From assembly GCA_002245135.1 (NCBI GenBank), contig NGBS01001163.1, positions 1 to 64,000 of the forward strand: a stretch of 64,000 nt of DNA, given 5' to 3'. This document shows positions 22,583 through 36,055 of the stretch, one piece after another. Below the pieces are notes generated by a model. It ran no database searches. It was not told where the DNA came from and was given only the letters and a program-made list of their open reading frames with translations. The number at the start of each line of letters is the position of its first letter. The first letter of the stretch is position 1. The stretch comes from Proteromonas lacertae. Its lineage: Eukaryota. Both the position numbers and the translations under genes were made by a program.

Positions 22583-25471
22583 TTAAAATCCATCAATCCA
22601 AACACTGCCATTACCTTTTTTATCAACTGTTGCATTATATATTTCTTTTTCACTCAATTGATTAAATGCTTCACAACATCTATCAATATAATTCTGAGAT
22701 GGAGTATATGGTGGTTTTATTTCATGTTTTAATAATGAGTTATAATCCATTGTACTTAGCCATTTATGATGTCTAATTTCACTTATTCCTTCTTTGTTAC
22801 ATCCCAATCTTTGTAATGGTTTTAATCTCAAAATTGATCGAATAAAATCAGTAGCATCAGTTGTAAAGAATAAAGGATAACTTACTCTTCCTTTTATAAT
22901 CTTTGATATTTGTTCACTTTGTCCTCCTTCTCGTGTTAATTCAAATGGAGTTTCACCATTCAAAAATTCATAAACTAATACTCCATAAGCCCAAATATCA
23001 GCACTAAATCCATGTCCTTTATTTAACCATATTTCAGGAGCCATATAATCAGGAGTTCCACATAAACTATAAGTTCTATCAATAATGATCTTGGCATTAC
23101 CAAAATCAGCTATTTTCACATAACCATTTGAACATAATAATACATTCTCTGGTTTTAAATCTCTATAAACTATCTTCTTACTATGTAAATGTTCTAAACC
23201 TAATAATATTACAGCACTATAGAATTTAGCATCTTCATCATATAATCTTCCTGTTCGACGATGTAATAATAAAGTACGAAGATCTCCAGCTTCTATAAAC
23301 TCTTGCAACATATATACATAATTATTATCTTGGAATGTAGTAATTAATTTTACTAAAAATGGATGATTCATTTCAGACATTAATTTCTTTTCATTCATTA
23401 TATTTCTTTTTGCTGAATTACTTTGTAATTTGGTTTTACTTACTGCTTTTAAGGCAAATACACTATTCGAATTCTTTGGTTTTACTTTCTTAACTAATGC
23501 AAATCCACCTAAACCTAAAACTCCTAACACTTCTAATTCATCTAATTTATATAACATAGGTTGAACAATATCTCCAAATTCTTTGATTGTTAAAATAATA
23601 CATCGTACATGATCAACAGCGACAAATTGATATTTACTTGGTTCATTAGAAAGTATTGATACTTCGCCAAAGTAACTTCCTTTATTTAATTCATTCTTTA
23701 TTCCTTTATTTGTTTCTTGAATTACAGTACCATCTTCAATGATGAAAAAGGACGATGGTTGATCTCCAAAATGGATAATCACATCATTGGCGTTGTATTC
23801 CATCACTTTGGAATTTTCTACTAATAATTCTTGAGCCATCGGTGGTAATTGCATAGATCCAAAGAACTTTAAAGAATTGATAAATTCTTCCATTTTCTTT
23901 CTTTCTAATAATTGTTCCATTGGGCCTAAATGTTTAATAAATGCATCTCTGGAAATTGATAAAACTGTTACACTACCAATTGTCTTTATACTAGCACTTC
24001 TTGCTTCTTCTTTAATCAAAGCTCTTTCACCAAAATGATCATTTATTGTTAAATGACGTAATTCAATTTCTTTACCATTTTCACTTTTATAACAAACAAC
24101 TTCACCTTTTTGAATAATATAGAATTTATCTCCAATATCTCCTTCATGGAATATAATACTATTATCTTCAAATTTCTCTATTTCTACACTATCAACTAAT
24201 TGCTCTCTTTGTTCTGGTTTCAATGGAGATAATACTGGAGCACTATCTAAAAATCTTCTCTTCATATTTCGTTGTAATATATTCTCTAAACTACCTAATA
24301 TTTTATCAAATGCATCTCTACGTAAAACCCAACATTCAGTTGTGCCATAACTCACTACATCTATAGTACGAGGTATATCGTGTAATAAAGCAATTTCACC
24401 AAAATAATCATTCTCATGAAGTCGACGGATTTCTATTCTATTACCTCCACCTTTTTGTTGGTTTATTTCTTCTTTAATGAATTCGATTACTTTATCATCT
24501 TTTTCTTCATTCTTTTTCTCTTCTTGTTGTTGCTGTTGTTGTTTATCAGCAGGATTTTTATCTTTACTACCATCATTATTATTAACATCATTTTCACCAC
24601 CATAACAAATAGCAACTCCACTTTTAATAATATAAAATTTTGTTCCTCTTTCTCCTTTCTTAATAATATATTGACTGTCATTAAATACATCCACTTGTAA
24701 CATAGAAACCATCTGAATTAATTGCTCTTCAGTAAGGTTCTTCAATAATGGTATTTCCTTTAATAAAGATACATATTTATCAGTTTGATTAGTTTCAATC
24801 TTGTAGTTTTCCACTTGAAAATCACTGCCATTGATCATCCATAAACTTACATCTGTTACTGCTTTTACATCTATTTTGGAGGGACCAGGATGGAATAGAT
24901 TTATATCACCATAAGTATCACCTGATGTAATAATTGACTGAGATTTTTCATCTGTTACTTCCAATTCTCCTGTTTCTACTACTACAAAGTAAATAGATAA
25001 TTCTTCTTTCCTTATAATGTATGTTCCAGTTTTGAACTCACGTAAATACATGTTATGACAAATACCATTCTTTTGATTTGTTTCAAATTGAGACAACACA
25101 CTGCTATCTTGAATAGCTTTCCATATTCTTTCTTCAGATGCTTCACTCTTGATGGTCATTTTTTGGGTTTTATCATCTACTTCAGGTCTATGTTAAATAT
25201 AAATCATTGATAATAGAAGTTATATATACGTTAAACAACTTGGTCTAACCAAGTTTCTTTTTCTTCTTTGTTCATATTGTTCTAAGTCTGTAGCATCAGG
25301 TGTGCTACTCTGTGTTTCTCTCAGATCTTCTTGTTTGAGTTTATTTACTTCACTACCATCTAGATTTCCTTGGTTACCACCATTTGATAAATCTTTATTG
25401 CCACCAGTTTTTTTCTGCTTCTCATCGAATTCTGCAACCACAGTGTTTGATTTGGAACTTCCACACCCCAT
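22583..25471 (-). CDS. cGMP-dependent protein kinase-like (4 cNMP-binding domains + AGC kinase), 2 exons
   Basis: MGCGSS acylation start; 42-nt intron at 25188-25229; FGEIALL..PRT, FGERAL..RSA, GLGGFA, YRDLKPEN, DFG and CGTPDYMAPE. Confidence 0.9.
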
Positions 25472-25835
25472 TTGTCTTATTGTTAATGATGTTTTTGGAT
25501 TGAAACGACAAAAATTGAATTTTCTATCAAGCTGATGTCAAGCTATACATCCTTTTTTTGTGAATGTGTTGTATAGTGATAGTTGGGCCTTAAAAATAGA
25601 ATTTACTATATCTGTTTGCATTACTAAAACTGTATTTGGATGTACTTTTTATTTTTTAGATTGAGATGTTTTTTATATGATGTAAATCCGATAAATAATT
25701 ACCATGTAAAATTGTAGAATTACTTATCCATTTTTATGGTATCAAAAATTATCCCGAAAAGATCAGTTATCACAATTTTTTTGAGTGATAATTTTATTAA
25801 TAAGTGATTTCTTGTCAATATCATCACTAATCAAC

Positions 25836-26941
25836 ATGCAAACACTCACAGCACCTTCAAGTACATATAAAGAGCCTTCTCACTTATGAAAATAGGTAAT
25901 AATAAGAAATCTACACCAAAATCGTATTAATCTTAATCATTTTAATCTTTATTATAAGTAAATTTGGTAAATTTATCGCAAAAAATAAATCAAACATGGG
26001 AATATGGATAACATGCTTTATGTTGATAACATTTGTTTATAAATTCATAAGTGATGGAAATTTCTCCTTTTTACTTGTAAATAAAATATTGTAAAATTAT
26101 CAATAATATAGACACTTGGAAGCATGATTCAATTATTTGGTTTTTCAATTTTGGCTTATAAAAATACTTTAGAAAAATCAGTTACTGGTGTTAGTTTAAA
26201 AACTTTAGAATGTTATTCATTTGTTTTCTTATTCAGATTTTTATCCGTCATATTTTACAGTGGATATCTACCCCTTGATAAATCAGGTGATTGGTTTTAT
26301 CAATTATGTGAAGTTTTATCATTTATTGTTACTTTATATAACATTTATTTGATATTATTTCCATTGAAATATACACATAACATTCATTGTGATAATTATG
26401 GTTATGTAACTAAATACATACCAAATAGAATATGTCATATTGTTATGTTAGTTTTACCATCTTTGTTATTAGCTATAGTATTTTTTTTAATTTAATATAT
26501 ATTTGTAATAGGTTTATCATTCTAATTTAAATCATAATACCACTCTTGATATTTGTTGGGCATTCGCTGAATATTTAGAATCTGTTGCTATATTACCTCA
26601 GCTTCATATGTTTCAGAATAACAAAACAGGAGAAATTGAAGCATTTACTTCACACTTTGTTTTTAGTTTAGGTTTAAGTAGATTTTTACAATTATTATTT
26701 TGGCTGTCATCTTATCGAGAATTGTCTATGGTTAAATCTGGTGTTACTGGAGCATCTGCCTATTTCAATGTAGGAACTTTAATTCTATTATCTCAAATGA
26801 TTCAATTATTGTTAATGGCAAATTACATATATTATTATATTATGAAGTATTTTTACATATAAAGCTATAATTTTATTGTTGTATAGTAAATTTAGTGGTG
26901 GTCCTTTGAAATTACCTGTTTTAGTCAATATGAAAATGTAG
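25836..26941 (+). CDS. ER lumen protein-retaining receptor family (ERD2-like), 6 exons
   Basis: SDGNFSFLL, GVSLKTLE, GYLPLDKSGDW, YLESVAILPQL and FTSHFV; five 34-40 nt GT-AG introns keep the frame. Confidence 0.85.
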
Positions 26942-27072
26942 AAACAATGTCTGTTATTATTTAAATTAACAAAATGATAAGTTTTTATTTATTTATTGAG
27001 ATATTGTACTTTGGGTAGATAAAATCCAATAAAAACATTAAAATATAATACTAGTGTATAATCTTTAGTTAG

Positions 27073-27324
27073 CTACATAACAGTACACATCTTAAAGCAA
27101 GTGTGGCATAATCTACAAGTCTATCAAAAATATAACCAAATAAATAATACATGAGGACTATGTGAATGAGAATGTCTATGTCCAGAATGAGAGTGGGAGT
27201 GAGAATGGGAGTGGGAGTGAGAATGACCTCTACCTCTTCCATGACCATGACCATGACCATGTGGACTATGTGAATGACCTAAATAATATTATTAATGAAA
27301 TAAAAATTGATGTATTATACCCAT
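27073..27324 (-). CDS. 59-aa His/Ser/Gly-rich micro-protein A with MGxxxS start and CaaX end
   Basis: Exons 27321-27324, 27151-27278 and 27073-27120 (introns of 42 and 30 nt) give MGHSHSPHGHGHGHGRGRGHSHSHSHSHSHSHSGHRHSHSHSPHTCRLCHTCFKMCTVM. The paralog at 29328 has the same exon structure. Confidence 0.85.
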
Positions 27325-27680
27325 TATTTAGTTAGATAGATTTTTTTTAAAATGAATAACGGTTTTTAAATTCTATTTTGAATAAACATTCTTCAAAATG
27401 TATAATTACTACATTCATAAAAATCAAATAGAAAAAGTGGTATTTAATTTATTTGTAGTGTATTTAAAAGTATTTTTCACCTAATCTTTGAGAAAAATTG
27501 ATTAAATTATTATTAATCTCATGAATTATCAAACAGCTATAAGTTATTAATAAATTTCAATTATAATAACGAATGATAAATTATTGAATAAGATAGAGAG
27601 TTTTATTCAATTCTATTTTGATTCAAGCTCAATCATTTAAGTTTGAGACAGTTAGTTTTTTTATATTTCCATTTATTTTG

Positions 27681-29179
27681 ATGAATTATTACTCTACAAG
27701 TCAAGAACAATCACAAGATGAAGGAAAAGTACTGAGACTTCAAATTGAGAGACTTCAACACGAGTCAGAACTTCGAGAAGAATTAATTCAGACTTTAGAA
27801 CAAGAAAATGCAAGATTAAGAGTATGATCGAAAAATATATATTTATTATAGGATGGTTTAGATAATCAAAGACAGATAAGTCAACAATTACAAGAACAGT
27901 GCTATAACTTTGAAGGTCAATTGAAATCTATGAGTAATCAAACTGAACCACTTAATTCCAGCTTAAATCAGACAAAAGAAGTCTTGGAAAGTAAATCAGT
28001 CGAAATACAACAGAAAGATCAAGAGATAAGTCAGTTAAGAAATCATTTACAAGAATATCAAAGAAGAATAAATGAATTATCAGATCAAATAAAAGCCAGT
28101 GAACTTGATAACACTCAATTGAGACTATTTTTAGATGTATTATTATAATTTTATATTCATAGAAAGAAAAAAGAGAACATGATGAAAGTATTGAAAAAAT
28201 AGCAAGAGAGAATAGAAGATATGTTTCACAAATCAAAAATATTGAAAAAGATCGTAATGACTTAGGAGATGAAATAACTCAATTAAAAATAGCTTTACAG
28301 CGTCAAATGAAAGCTAGTGAAGTAGATACAAAGAATTTTGAAGAAAAAATCATTTCTTTAACTCGTAAAATCAACGACCTTGAAGATAATAATTCAACAA
28401 CACTTCTAGACTCAAGTGACAAAATGAACAGAATGAATAGGAAAATGAGAGAACAAGCGGCTTTAATAGAGTCATTAACCCATGATTTAAAAGACAGTGT
28501 AACTGAAATAAGTAGATTAAAGAAAGAAAGTGAAGATAGAGTAAATGCTTTAATATCTCAAAGAAATGTTTTTACAAGTCATATTGAGAAGATGGATAAT
28601 AAGTGGAGAGATGAAATACAAAATGTGATCAATGAAAGGGATCAATTAAAAGTGGAAATTACTCAATTAATGATGGAATTGAAGAAATTGCAAGAAAATC
28701 CAAGTGTCTTATCAGCTAGACAACATGCTCGTGAAATGGAAGAGCAATTAAAATCAAATGAAAGAGATATGGAAAGATTGATAGATAGTATGAAGAATGA
28801 AAAAATGTCTTTAATTAATCGTGTGTATGACCAATCTTTAACTATCCATACATTGACAGATTCTGATAGAAAAAATAAAGAAGATGAATGGATGAAGTTA
28901 GCAACAGGTGCTAAAGTAGAAAAGAATATAAATTCAAAGAATGTGATAGATAGTGGAGATGATGATATATTAAAGACAATTACAGGTAAAAAGTTGAATT
29001 TCAATGATGATATAATGAATACACCTTTACTATCCTCATCAACTTCAAACATTAATGCTAATAGTTATATTTATGCTAGTCCATCTAAAATGAAGGTTGG
29101 AAGTAATTCAAATAGTACAAATGCTAGTTTACAATATCAGTCTATTGTTAATTCACCATTACCAGATTTTTTGAAGTAA
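27681..29179 (+). CDS. Long coiled-coil protein, 3 exons
   Basis: Heptad-rich E/K/Q/L ORFs joined in frame by GT-AG introns near 27822-27851 and 28137-28162. Confidence 0.75.
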
Positions 29180-29327
29180 AGGTGATAAAAATACTAAATA
29201 AATCTATTTTATATATGACAGTTATGTGTTTGTTGGACGGTTTTTCTTGCAAACAAACGAAAAATAGTCCTTTAATCACATTCATTCGTGTAACTGACAA
29301 ATTCCGTTTTTGAATTTTTTTTATTAG

Positions 29328-29588
29328 ATGGGTATAATGTTATTTTTTATATTACGTATATAGGTCATTCTCATAGTCCAAGAGGTCATGGTCATGGTCA
29401 CGGCAGAGGCCATCATAAAGGCCATTCTCACTCTCATAGTCATAGTCATTCCCATAGTCATAGTCATAGTCATAGTCATAGTCCAAAAAGAGGTAATCCT
29501 GTATATATTATAAACTGTTAATATCTCTTATTAGTGTCCAATGTGTCCGATATGTAGGCCATTCTGCAAAATGTGCACAGTCATGTAA
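29328..29588 (+). CDS. 64-aa His/Ser/Gly-rich micro-protein B with MGxxxS start and CaaX end
   Basis: Exons 29328-29331, 29364-29500 and 29535-29588 (introns of 32 and 34 nt) give MGHSHSPRGHGHGHGRGHHKG(HS)10PKRGNPCPMCPICRPFCKMCTVM. Confidence 0.85.
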
Positions 29589-29773
29589 TTATGGCATTTA
29601 ATTGATGCTGAAATGATTTTATATAGAAAATTTATCTTTCATATTTTTTGTGTTTTAGACATTTTAATCTATAATCAATAATCGATGAGATTAGGGTTTC
29701 ATCTAAAATTTATACCTATAACTAAAACCAACATACTAAAAATGAAATATAAATATTAAAACAATTCTAAATC

Positions 29774-30304
29774 TTATGCTTTTCTCAATTTCTTATCCAA
29801 AAAGTCTTTCATTTGATCGGATGACCATCCAGATATACTAATACTCTCTTCTTTTTCGTTGTGATTCAACATTACAAACTTAGGATATGGATTTCTTATG
29901 TACTATTCATTATAACATCATAATCATACAATAATGTCCAAATTTGTATATTTCTTAGAATATCTTCTTATAAATTCTTGCACTTCAGGAAATTGCTGTA
30001 AACTCCATCTACTTATTCGCAATTCTGCTTCATCATACAATGTCTATTGATATATAATGATTCTTGCATATCTATACTCCTTCTTTTGAAGAATGATCTT
30101 CAGTACAACACATATTGCATTCATCAATTAAAGCTATATTATTAAGTAATAGGCAATACTCAAATCATCAACAAATTCAGCCAATTTATCACAACGACTG
30201 CATTGAACAGCATCACTAAAACCCCAATCGATGCATTTAGGATCAAATGTGCAAATTACCATAGAAAAACATAGAATTAGTGAAAATAACTTCGCAATAG
30301 ACAT
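29774..30304 (-). CDS. Sep15/SELENOF-like ER thioredoxin-fold protein, 4 exons
   Basis: Signal peptide, CIDWGFSDAVQCSRCDKL, ECNMCC, YDEAELRISRWSLQQFPEVQEFI and ISGWSSDQMKDFLDKKL; introns at 30134-30159, 30044-30077 and 29903-29929. Confidence 0.8.
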
Positions 30305-30412
30305 TTTTTCTTGAATTATAATTTCAAGCTAAATCAAGCCTATTTTCTTTCTAAGTTGATTATCACATTATCTGGTGTATTAAATCAAATAAAAATTTAT
30401 TATGATAGAGAA

Positions 30413-30795
30413 ATGGAAATAGAAGAAAATAATGATAAGGATGAAATAAGTCACAAAGAGAAACTTAAGGAAATGGTATTAGAAATGAGTGAATGTGATG
30501 AAAATATAACTAAATTTTTAAAATCTAATTCTAAATTATTTGATCAAATAGAATATCAAATGAAAAGTATTTGAAATTCAATATAATCATTAGAATCTCC
30601 AAATATTAATGAAGTGATAGCTTTAGGATATAAAATATCTGGTACTAGTAATAGTAATATAATATATCCAGGGCTAAACGTAATTGGTAGATCAACTTTA
30701 TTTACTGATGGTATATCAAATCAAATAATATATGTATATAAATAGAAACAGTGGAGCATTTTCAATCTCATAATTTAAATTATTCAAGATTATAG
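30413..30795 (+). CDS. Possible Mediator subunit Med4-like protein (spliced; start uncertain)
   Basis: Helical segment, then after a 27-nt intron NINEVIALGYKISGTS...YPGLNVIGRSTL, which resembles the Med4 YAxxIS...PxP...RxS pattern. Confidence 0.4.
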
Positions 30796-31037
30796 TAGAT
30801 GTTTTTTATTTATTTATTTATTATTAAAACGAAGTTAAGAAATAGGAATAATTTCTTATTCTTTCTTACAATAACTATAAAATAATCAGAAAATAAAAAT
30901 ATAAACAAGATATAAAAATATATAAATAATAATAATAAGTTAAGTATTGCATAATTACATAATATATTGCTTTACTTTACCTGTTGCATTTGCTTCTTTT
31001 TCTTTCTTTATCTTTTCTTCACTTGCATATTCAACAT

Positions 31038-31814
31038 TTATCTTCTTTGTTTCTTTACTTTCTGAAGACTTAATAGCTTGAGTATTTCTAAAGTAATATC
31101 ATTATCTTTACACTTGCTTTTTGCTTTTTCTTCATTTTTGATTATTTTACTTTCACTATCAACATCAATACTTGCATTAGGTGAATGAATTTGAACTGAT
31201 AGTGGAGGTTGAGAATTATCATCATCACTTTCAACAGTAGAAGAGTTAATTGACAATCGAGGAGTATAACAGTTATTTCCATTTGTTATTGACGATAATT
31301 TTCTCTTTTTATCATTTCTTTCAATCTCTCCTTCATTATTTTCAAATTTTCGTTTAATTCTTTTTGGTAATGTTATAGATAGTGATAATGATTGTAGATT
31401 AGTAGTAGTATTATCTCAATCACATGAAGATATGTATTGTGATAGCATAACTGTATTTGAGTCATCTTCCACTCCTAAACCATTTATTGGTTTTTCAACA
31501 ATTGATGTTATTTCTGATGTTGATTTATTCACTGATATATAATCTCCATATATTGGACTTTGATGAATAGGTGAAAAATGTGATAATATACTTTCGTCAT
31601 CACTTTCACTTATATGAGATGGAGATGTATCATATCTAGGTGATATAGGAGAAGATGGGTCATCTACAAGAGAATCTCTCTCTCTAATTGATCGAGGAGG
31701 TGTAAACAAAATGAAATTTAACTTATCATTTTCTATATTACTTGAAGTGTGATTTGTCATGTCATATTGTTCATTTTGACGAAAGGAAGATAAATCTAAG
31801 CTATTGACATGCAT
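31038..31814 (-). pseudogene. Ser/Pro/Asp-rich low-complexity protein with KRK motifs and an in-frame TGA
   Basis: ORFs 31416-31814 and 31038-31256 are in the same frame, separated only by TGA at 31416-31418; composition resembles the N-termini of the neighbouring family. Confidence 0.5.
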
Positions 31815-32090
31815 GTCACTTAAACCAAATGCAGTAGCAACAAATAGACTAATTCACAATTGTATAATGATAACTATTGATATGTTCTGTAAAATAATAA
31901 AAAATAAAAATAATTATTTAACCAAAAATATCCCCATTTTAAATTTTAATAACACTCATTTTAAGCATATAGTGCTGATGTAAAGTCCTTTTACACACTT
32001 TACCATATAAACACATATAAAAAGAGAAATATATAATGTATAATATATAATAATAATAATAATAATTGAAACTGCTTAAACATTTCTTTG

Positions 32091-33490
32091 CTAAACTGTT
32101 ACATTTGCATCTCTTTCTTTTATTACATGCTCAATTTTCTTAAACAATCGACAGTAGCAACAACTTGTTTGTATTATGTATTCTTTCGTAGTTTTCTGAT
32201 ACTTTATGAAATGATACAAAGGTCTCGCGTGTTTCAATCTGTTACATTTGTATAAACTACTTTCATCAAATCTAATGTGATCTTGTTCATAATAATCATT
32301 TAAATCTGTTAATTCTATTACTCCTTCATTAGCATATTTTATTGCACATTCAATACAAACAACTTGATTTCTTATTAATAATACTTTCTTTTCTCTTGTA
32401 ATATTGTTACAAGTAAAACAAACCACTTTTAATTCTTTATATTCTTTATATAACATTTCATCTTTATCATTTATTTTAGTATTTCCCACTAGTTTTTTCC
32501 CTTTTGGATATTTGCTATGAATGTCATTTGTTCTTTTTCTTTTTTTATGGTTTGTTTGATAGTTTGCATTATAACTATCATATTTGCGTTTTAAATGCTT
32601 ATTTTCACTTACTAATGAATCAATAACTCCATTGTTATATAATGTTTGAAGATTTGTAATAGAATTATTTACACTTAAGTTTGATAATGATGTAATAGAA
32701 TAATTTCATTGGATGAAATAATGTTGACAATATATCATCATGTGTATAACTGATAGTTTGTAATGGTGGTGATAAATCTGCTATGGCATTATCTGTAACG
32801 TTATCTATTGAAGAAAATGGAATTTCTTGTTGAATGTTTTCATCTTCATCAGAAAGATTTGGAGAAAGTTCTGTAAATTGTTCAGGTGATAAATCATCAT
32901 TACATGGACTAATTAATGGTAATTGATGATCTAAACAATTATTACATTCATTCTGAGTTGATGTTGATGTATAATTGTAATTTTTATCTATAATCATTTC
33001 TAACCCTTCGACAATTGATGTATTTATATCTTGTGGTGTAGAATTATTCATCAATGCATCGCTCATTATCTCTTCATCTCCATCTTTAGGTGATGCTGGA
33101 GGTAAAGGAGTTACATTTCCAGAGTAAAAGTCAACACTCTCACAAATGCTATTATTTACATTCAATATAACATTTTCAACATAATCCTCAAAGTTAACCA
33201 TTTCTAGATTAATTTCGTCTGTAATTTCAACAGATTTATTAATTGGTTGTAGTTGCAGTGACTGAACAAAATCATCAGCTTCGAGTGTTATATTCTTTAT
33301 TACTATCATATATAACTCTATCTAATTGTTCCATCATTAACTCATTTGGATTATCATATAATTCCACCTCAAAATCTTCGTCACTTTTTGTTTCTTCATC
33401 TCCATTGTGAGTTAAAGTATAAGCTTGTAACACGTTTAAAAATTCTTGAATTTCGTTTTCACCTACTCTAATAGTGTTAGTCTCTCCCAT
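32091..33490 (-). pseudogene. Cys/His-domain tandem family copy 1 (two frameshifts)
   Basis: Three overlapping frames; ends with CFTC..CIECA..DLNDYYEQ..YKCNRLKHARP..HFIKYQK..CCYCR. Confidence 0.7.
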
Positions 33491-33839
33491 ATTACTTTCT
33501 TCTGTTGCAGTTAAAAAAATTACTTGGAAAATTACTAGTGTTGTTACCTTCGCTCATTGTCTCATTTTCTTGATTGTCATTTGCATTTGTATTATGCAAT
33601 CTTATATTGTCAAAATAAATCAATGGGGAAAATATCTTGTGAAAGTAATTTTGTATTGTAAAAAGCATAGCCGATTGTATCTTTTAAAACAATAAAATGA
33701 CTTTTCAATATTTACACAGAATTCAAACATATTTGTCTAATAAAAAAGTAAGATTTTTAACCTAATTTATTATTTTATATGAAACAGCATACCAATACAA
33801 CATTCTAATATATGATAAATTATCTAAAAAATGTTTTAT

Positions 33840-34923
33840 TCAACTTATTATTTTTTTATTCTCTTTTTCAAGTTTTATTTTCTTATTTTTTATTACATTT
33901 TCTATTTTCTTTATCATTCTACAATAACAGCAACAAGTTGCTATTCTATATCCTTTGCTGTTTTTCTGATATATAACATAATGAAATTTAGGTCTGGAGT
34001 GTTTTAATCTTCTGCATTTATATAAACTACTTATATCAAATGTTATATTTTCTTGCTCAAAATAATCATTTAAATCTATCAGTTGTATTTTTCCTTCTTC
34101 AGCAAGTTTCTTTGCGCAAGTAATACATAAATTTTGTTTTTTATATAATAAAACATTACTACAACTTTCATTCTTTTTGCAATAATAACAACTCACTTCA
34201 TTTTTTATAAATTCATTATAGTTTAATATGTCACTATCATCAGCTTTAATTTCTTTATTAATTTCTTCTCCCTCGGTGTATTTACTAAGTATTTTACTAG
34301 TTCTTTTTTGTCTTTTTATCAGTTTACTATTAATATTTTCATATTTACGTTTTTTACTATTTATATTCATTGTATTTATCATTTCTCTTTTATTATTATC
34401 ATCATTGAATGAATTACGTATTGGATATGGAGGAGGAGGTGTTAAATATGTATTATGTTCATTTGTAGATGATATATTACAATATACATATGAGATCGAA
34501 GTTATTATTGTAACTGGTGATTTTCTATTTTCATATACGCTTTTACATGCACATGTATCTATTATCTTATCTTCACTATCAAATTTCTGTGGTGGTATGT
34601 TAACATTTGTATGATTCACTACCTTTATGAAATTACTCTGATTTGAAATATTATTCTCAATCACATCTGTTATTTCATCATACCTATCATAAGTTGCTAC
34701 ACTATCTAGACATATTATACTATTTTCACTCACTGATTCTTTTTTAATGGTTAATTCGTTTTCACCTAAAATACTATTCGATTCTTTGCTTTCATTAGAG
34801 CCGATTGATTTTTCTTTATTACTACTATTAGCATAATATCTTTTCTTGAGAATGGATTTTAAGATCTTTAGTTTCTTTAGGTGCTATAGACTTATTAATA
34901 CTTTTATTCCCTGGCATAAACAT
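33840..34923 (-). CDS. Cys/His-domain tandem family copy 2 (the 5' ATG at 34923 is out of frame)
   Basis: CYYC..CITCA..DLNDYFEQ..YKCRRLKHSRP..HYVIYQK..CCCYCR, with KKRKY upstream. Confidence 0.75.
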
Positions 34924-35302
34924 TTTAGTGTTATCTGCAATCAATATATGATTAACTGGCATATTATTAAAAAAATAAACAAAAAGTATTTACATAGAAG
35001 ATGTAAATTTTGTTTATGTAAAAAAACAGAAGTTCTTACATATTTTCTACTTATGCATATATAAACAATATATCACAATTTGATAAATAAATAGGCTTGT
35101 TTAGGTGATTTTTATATTTAAGGGCATTGTCGTTGTTATACAATTATTTAATAGAAGCATTTTATATATTCATACAAAATATATATGTCAAAAATAACAA
35201 TAATATATATATTATAATAATTACATAATTTGCATATATAACAGATAAAATACAAGCTTAACTTTATTGCATTATGATTTTTCTTGCCTTTTCTTTTGCT
35301 TT

Positions 35303-36055
35303 CTAATTCAAATTTGCATCTGCATTAGATTGAGTATGAATTTGTGTATTTACATTATCATAATTACATTCATTTGTATATGAAGATTTTGGAAGTGGTA
35401 TATATTGCATTACATCTCCATCATCTGCACTAATACTCAATATTTGTTGAAATGAAACAGACTGTGGAAGTGGTATATTCTTTTCTTCTTCAATATCTTC
35501 GTTAATAGGTAATAATAGTGAAGTTGATATTTGCATAATTGAATTCTCATGAGATTCTATGGAATATGAAGATGATGGTAATGAATAAATTGAATCATTA
35601 ACATTTTGATTTACAAATGAAATTGAAGATGAAGATGAAGGAAGTGAATAAAATGAATTGTCACTTTTAATACTATCATTTGGATAGGATGATTCTGGAA
35701 GTGGTATATATTGTATATCATTGTCACTATTTTCATTTACACATAATAATAGTTGTTCTAACATATCTTGCATTGGATTTACTTCAGTTGGAAGTACAGG
35801 AGGATTTGCAGTACATAATTCTGGAGATATTGCTAAATTAATTATATTATCTGTATGATTTAGTGCTTTTTCTTCACAAGAATCAAATCTGTGAGTTTTT
35901 CTTTGAGTTATATTGAAAACAGTATCAGTAATATGACTCTCTACATCACTACTAACATGAACATCATTACTTATATCACTCTCTCTCATATCTTCGTTTA
36001 GAACAGTAACTCCTCTCATACTATATTCTTCTTCATCTGAATCTATAGCATCCAT
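35303..36055 (-). CDS. Acidic Ser-rich protein with internal repeats (QYIPLP, YSLPSSS); lacks the Cys/His domain
   Basis: 250-aa ORF inside the array; the IPLP motif occurs three times. Confidence 0.55.
   Translation of the reverse strand: MDAIDSDEEEYSMRGVTVLNEDMRESDISNDVHVSSDVESHITDTVFNITQRKTHRFDSCEEKALNHTDNIINLAISPELCTANPPVLPTEVNPMQDMLEQLLLCVNENSDNDIQYIPLPESSYPNDSIKSDNSFYSLPSSSSSISFVNQNVNDSIYSLPSSSYSIESHENSIMQISTSLLLPINEDIEEEKNIPLPQSVSFQQILSISADDGDVMQYIPLPKSSYTNECNYDNVNTQIHTQSNADANLN

Noticed and set aside
27069..27260. ORF-track protein MVMVMVMEEVEV...
   Set aside because: Wrong frame of the His-rich micro-gene; the spliced frame is supported by its paralog
29180..29260. Blastocystis-style stop codons created by polyadenylation (a TGTTTGTT motif lies near 29227)
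   Set aside because: Every gene traced to its 3' end already has a genomic stop codon, and one motif occurrence is not evidence
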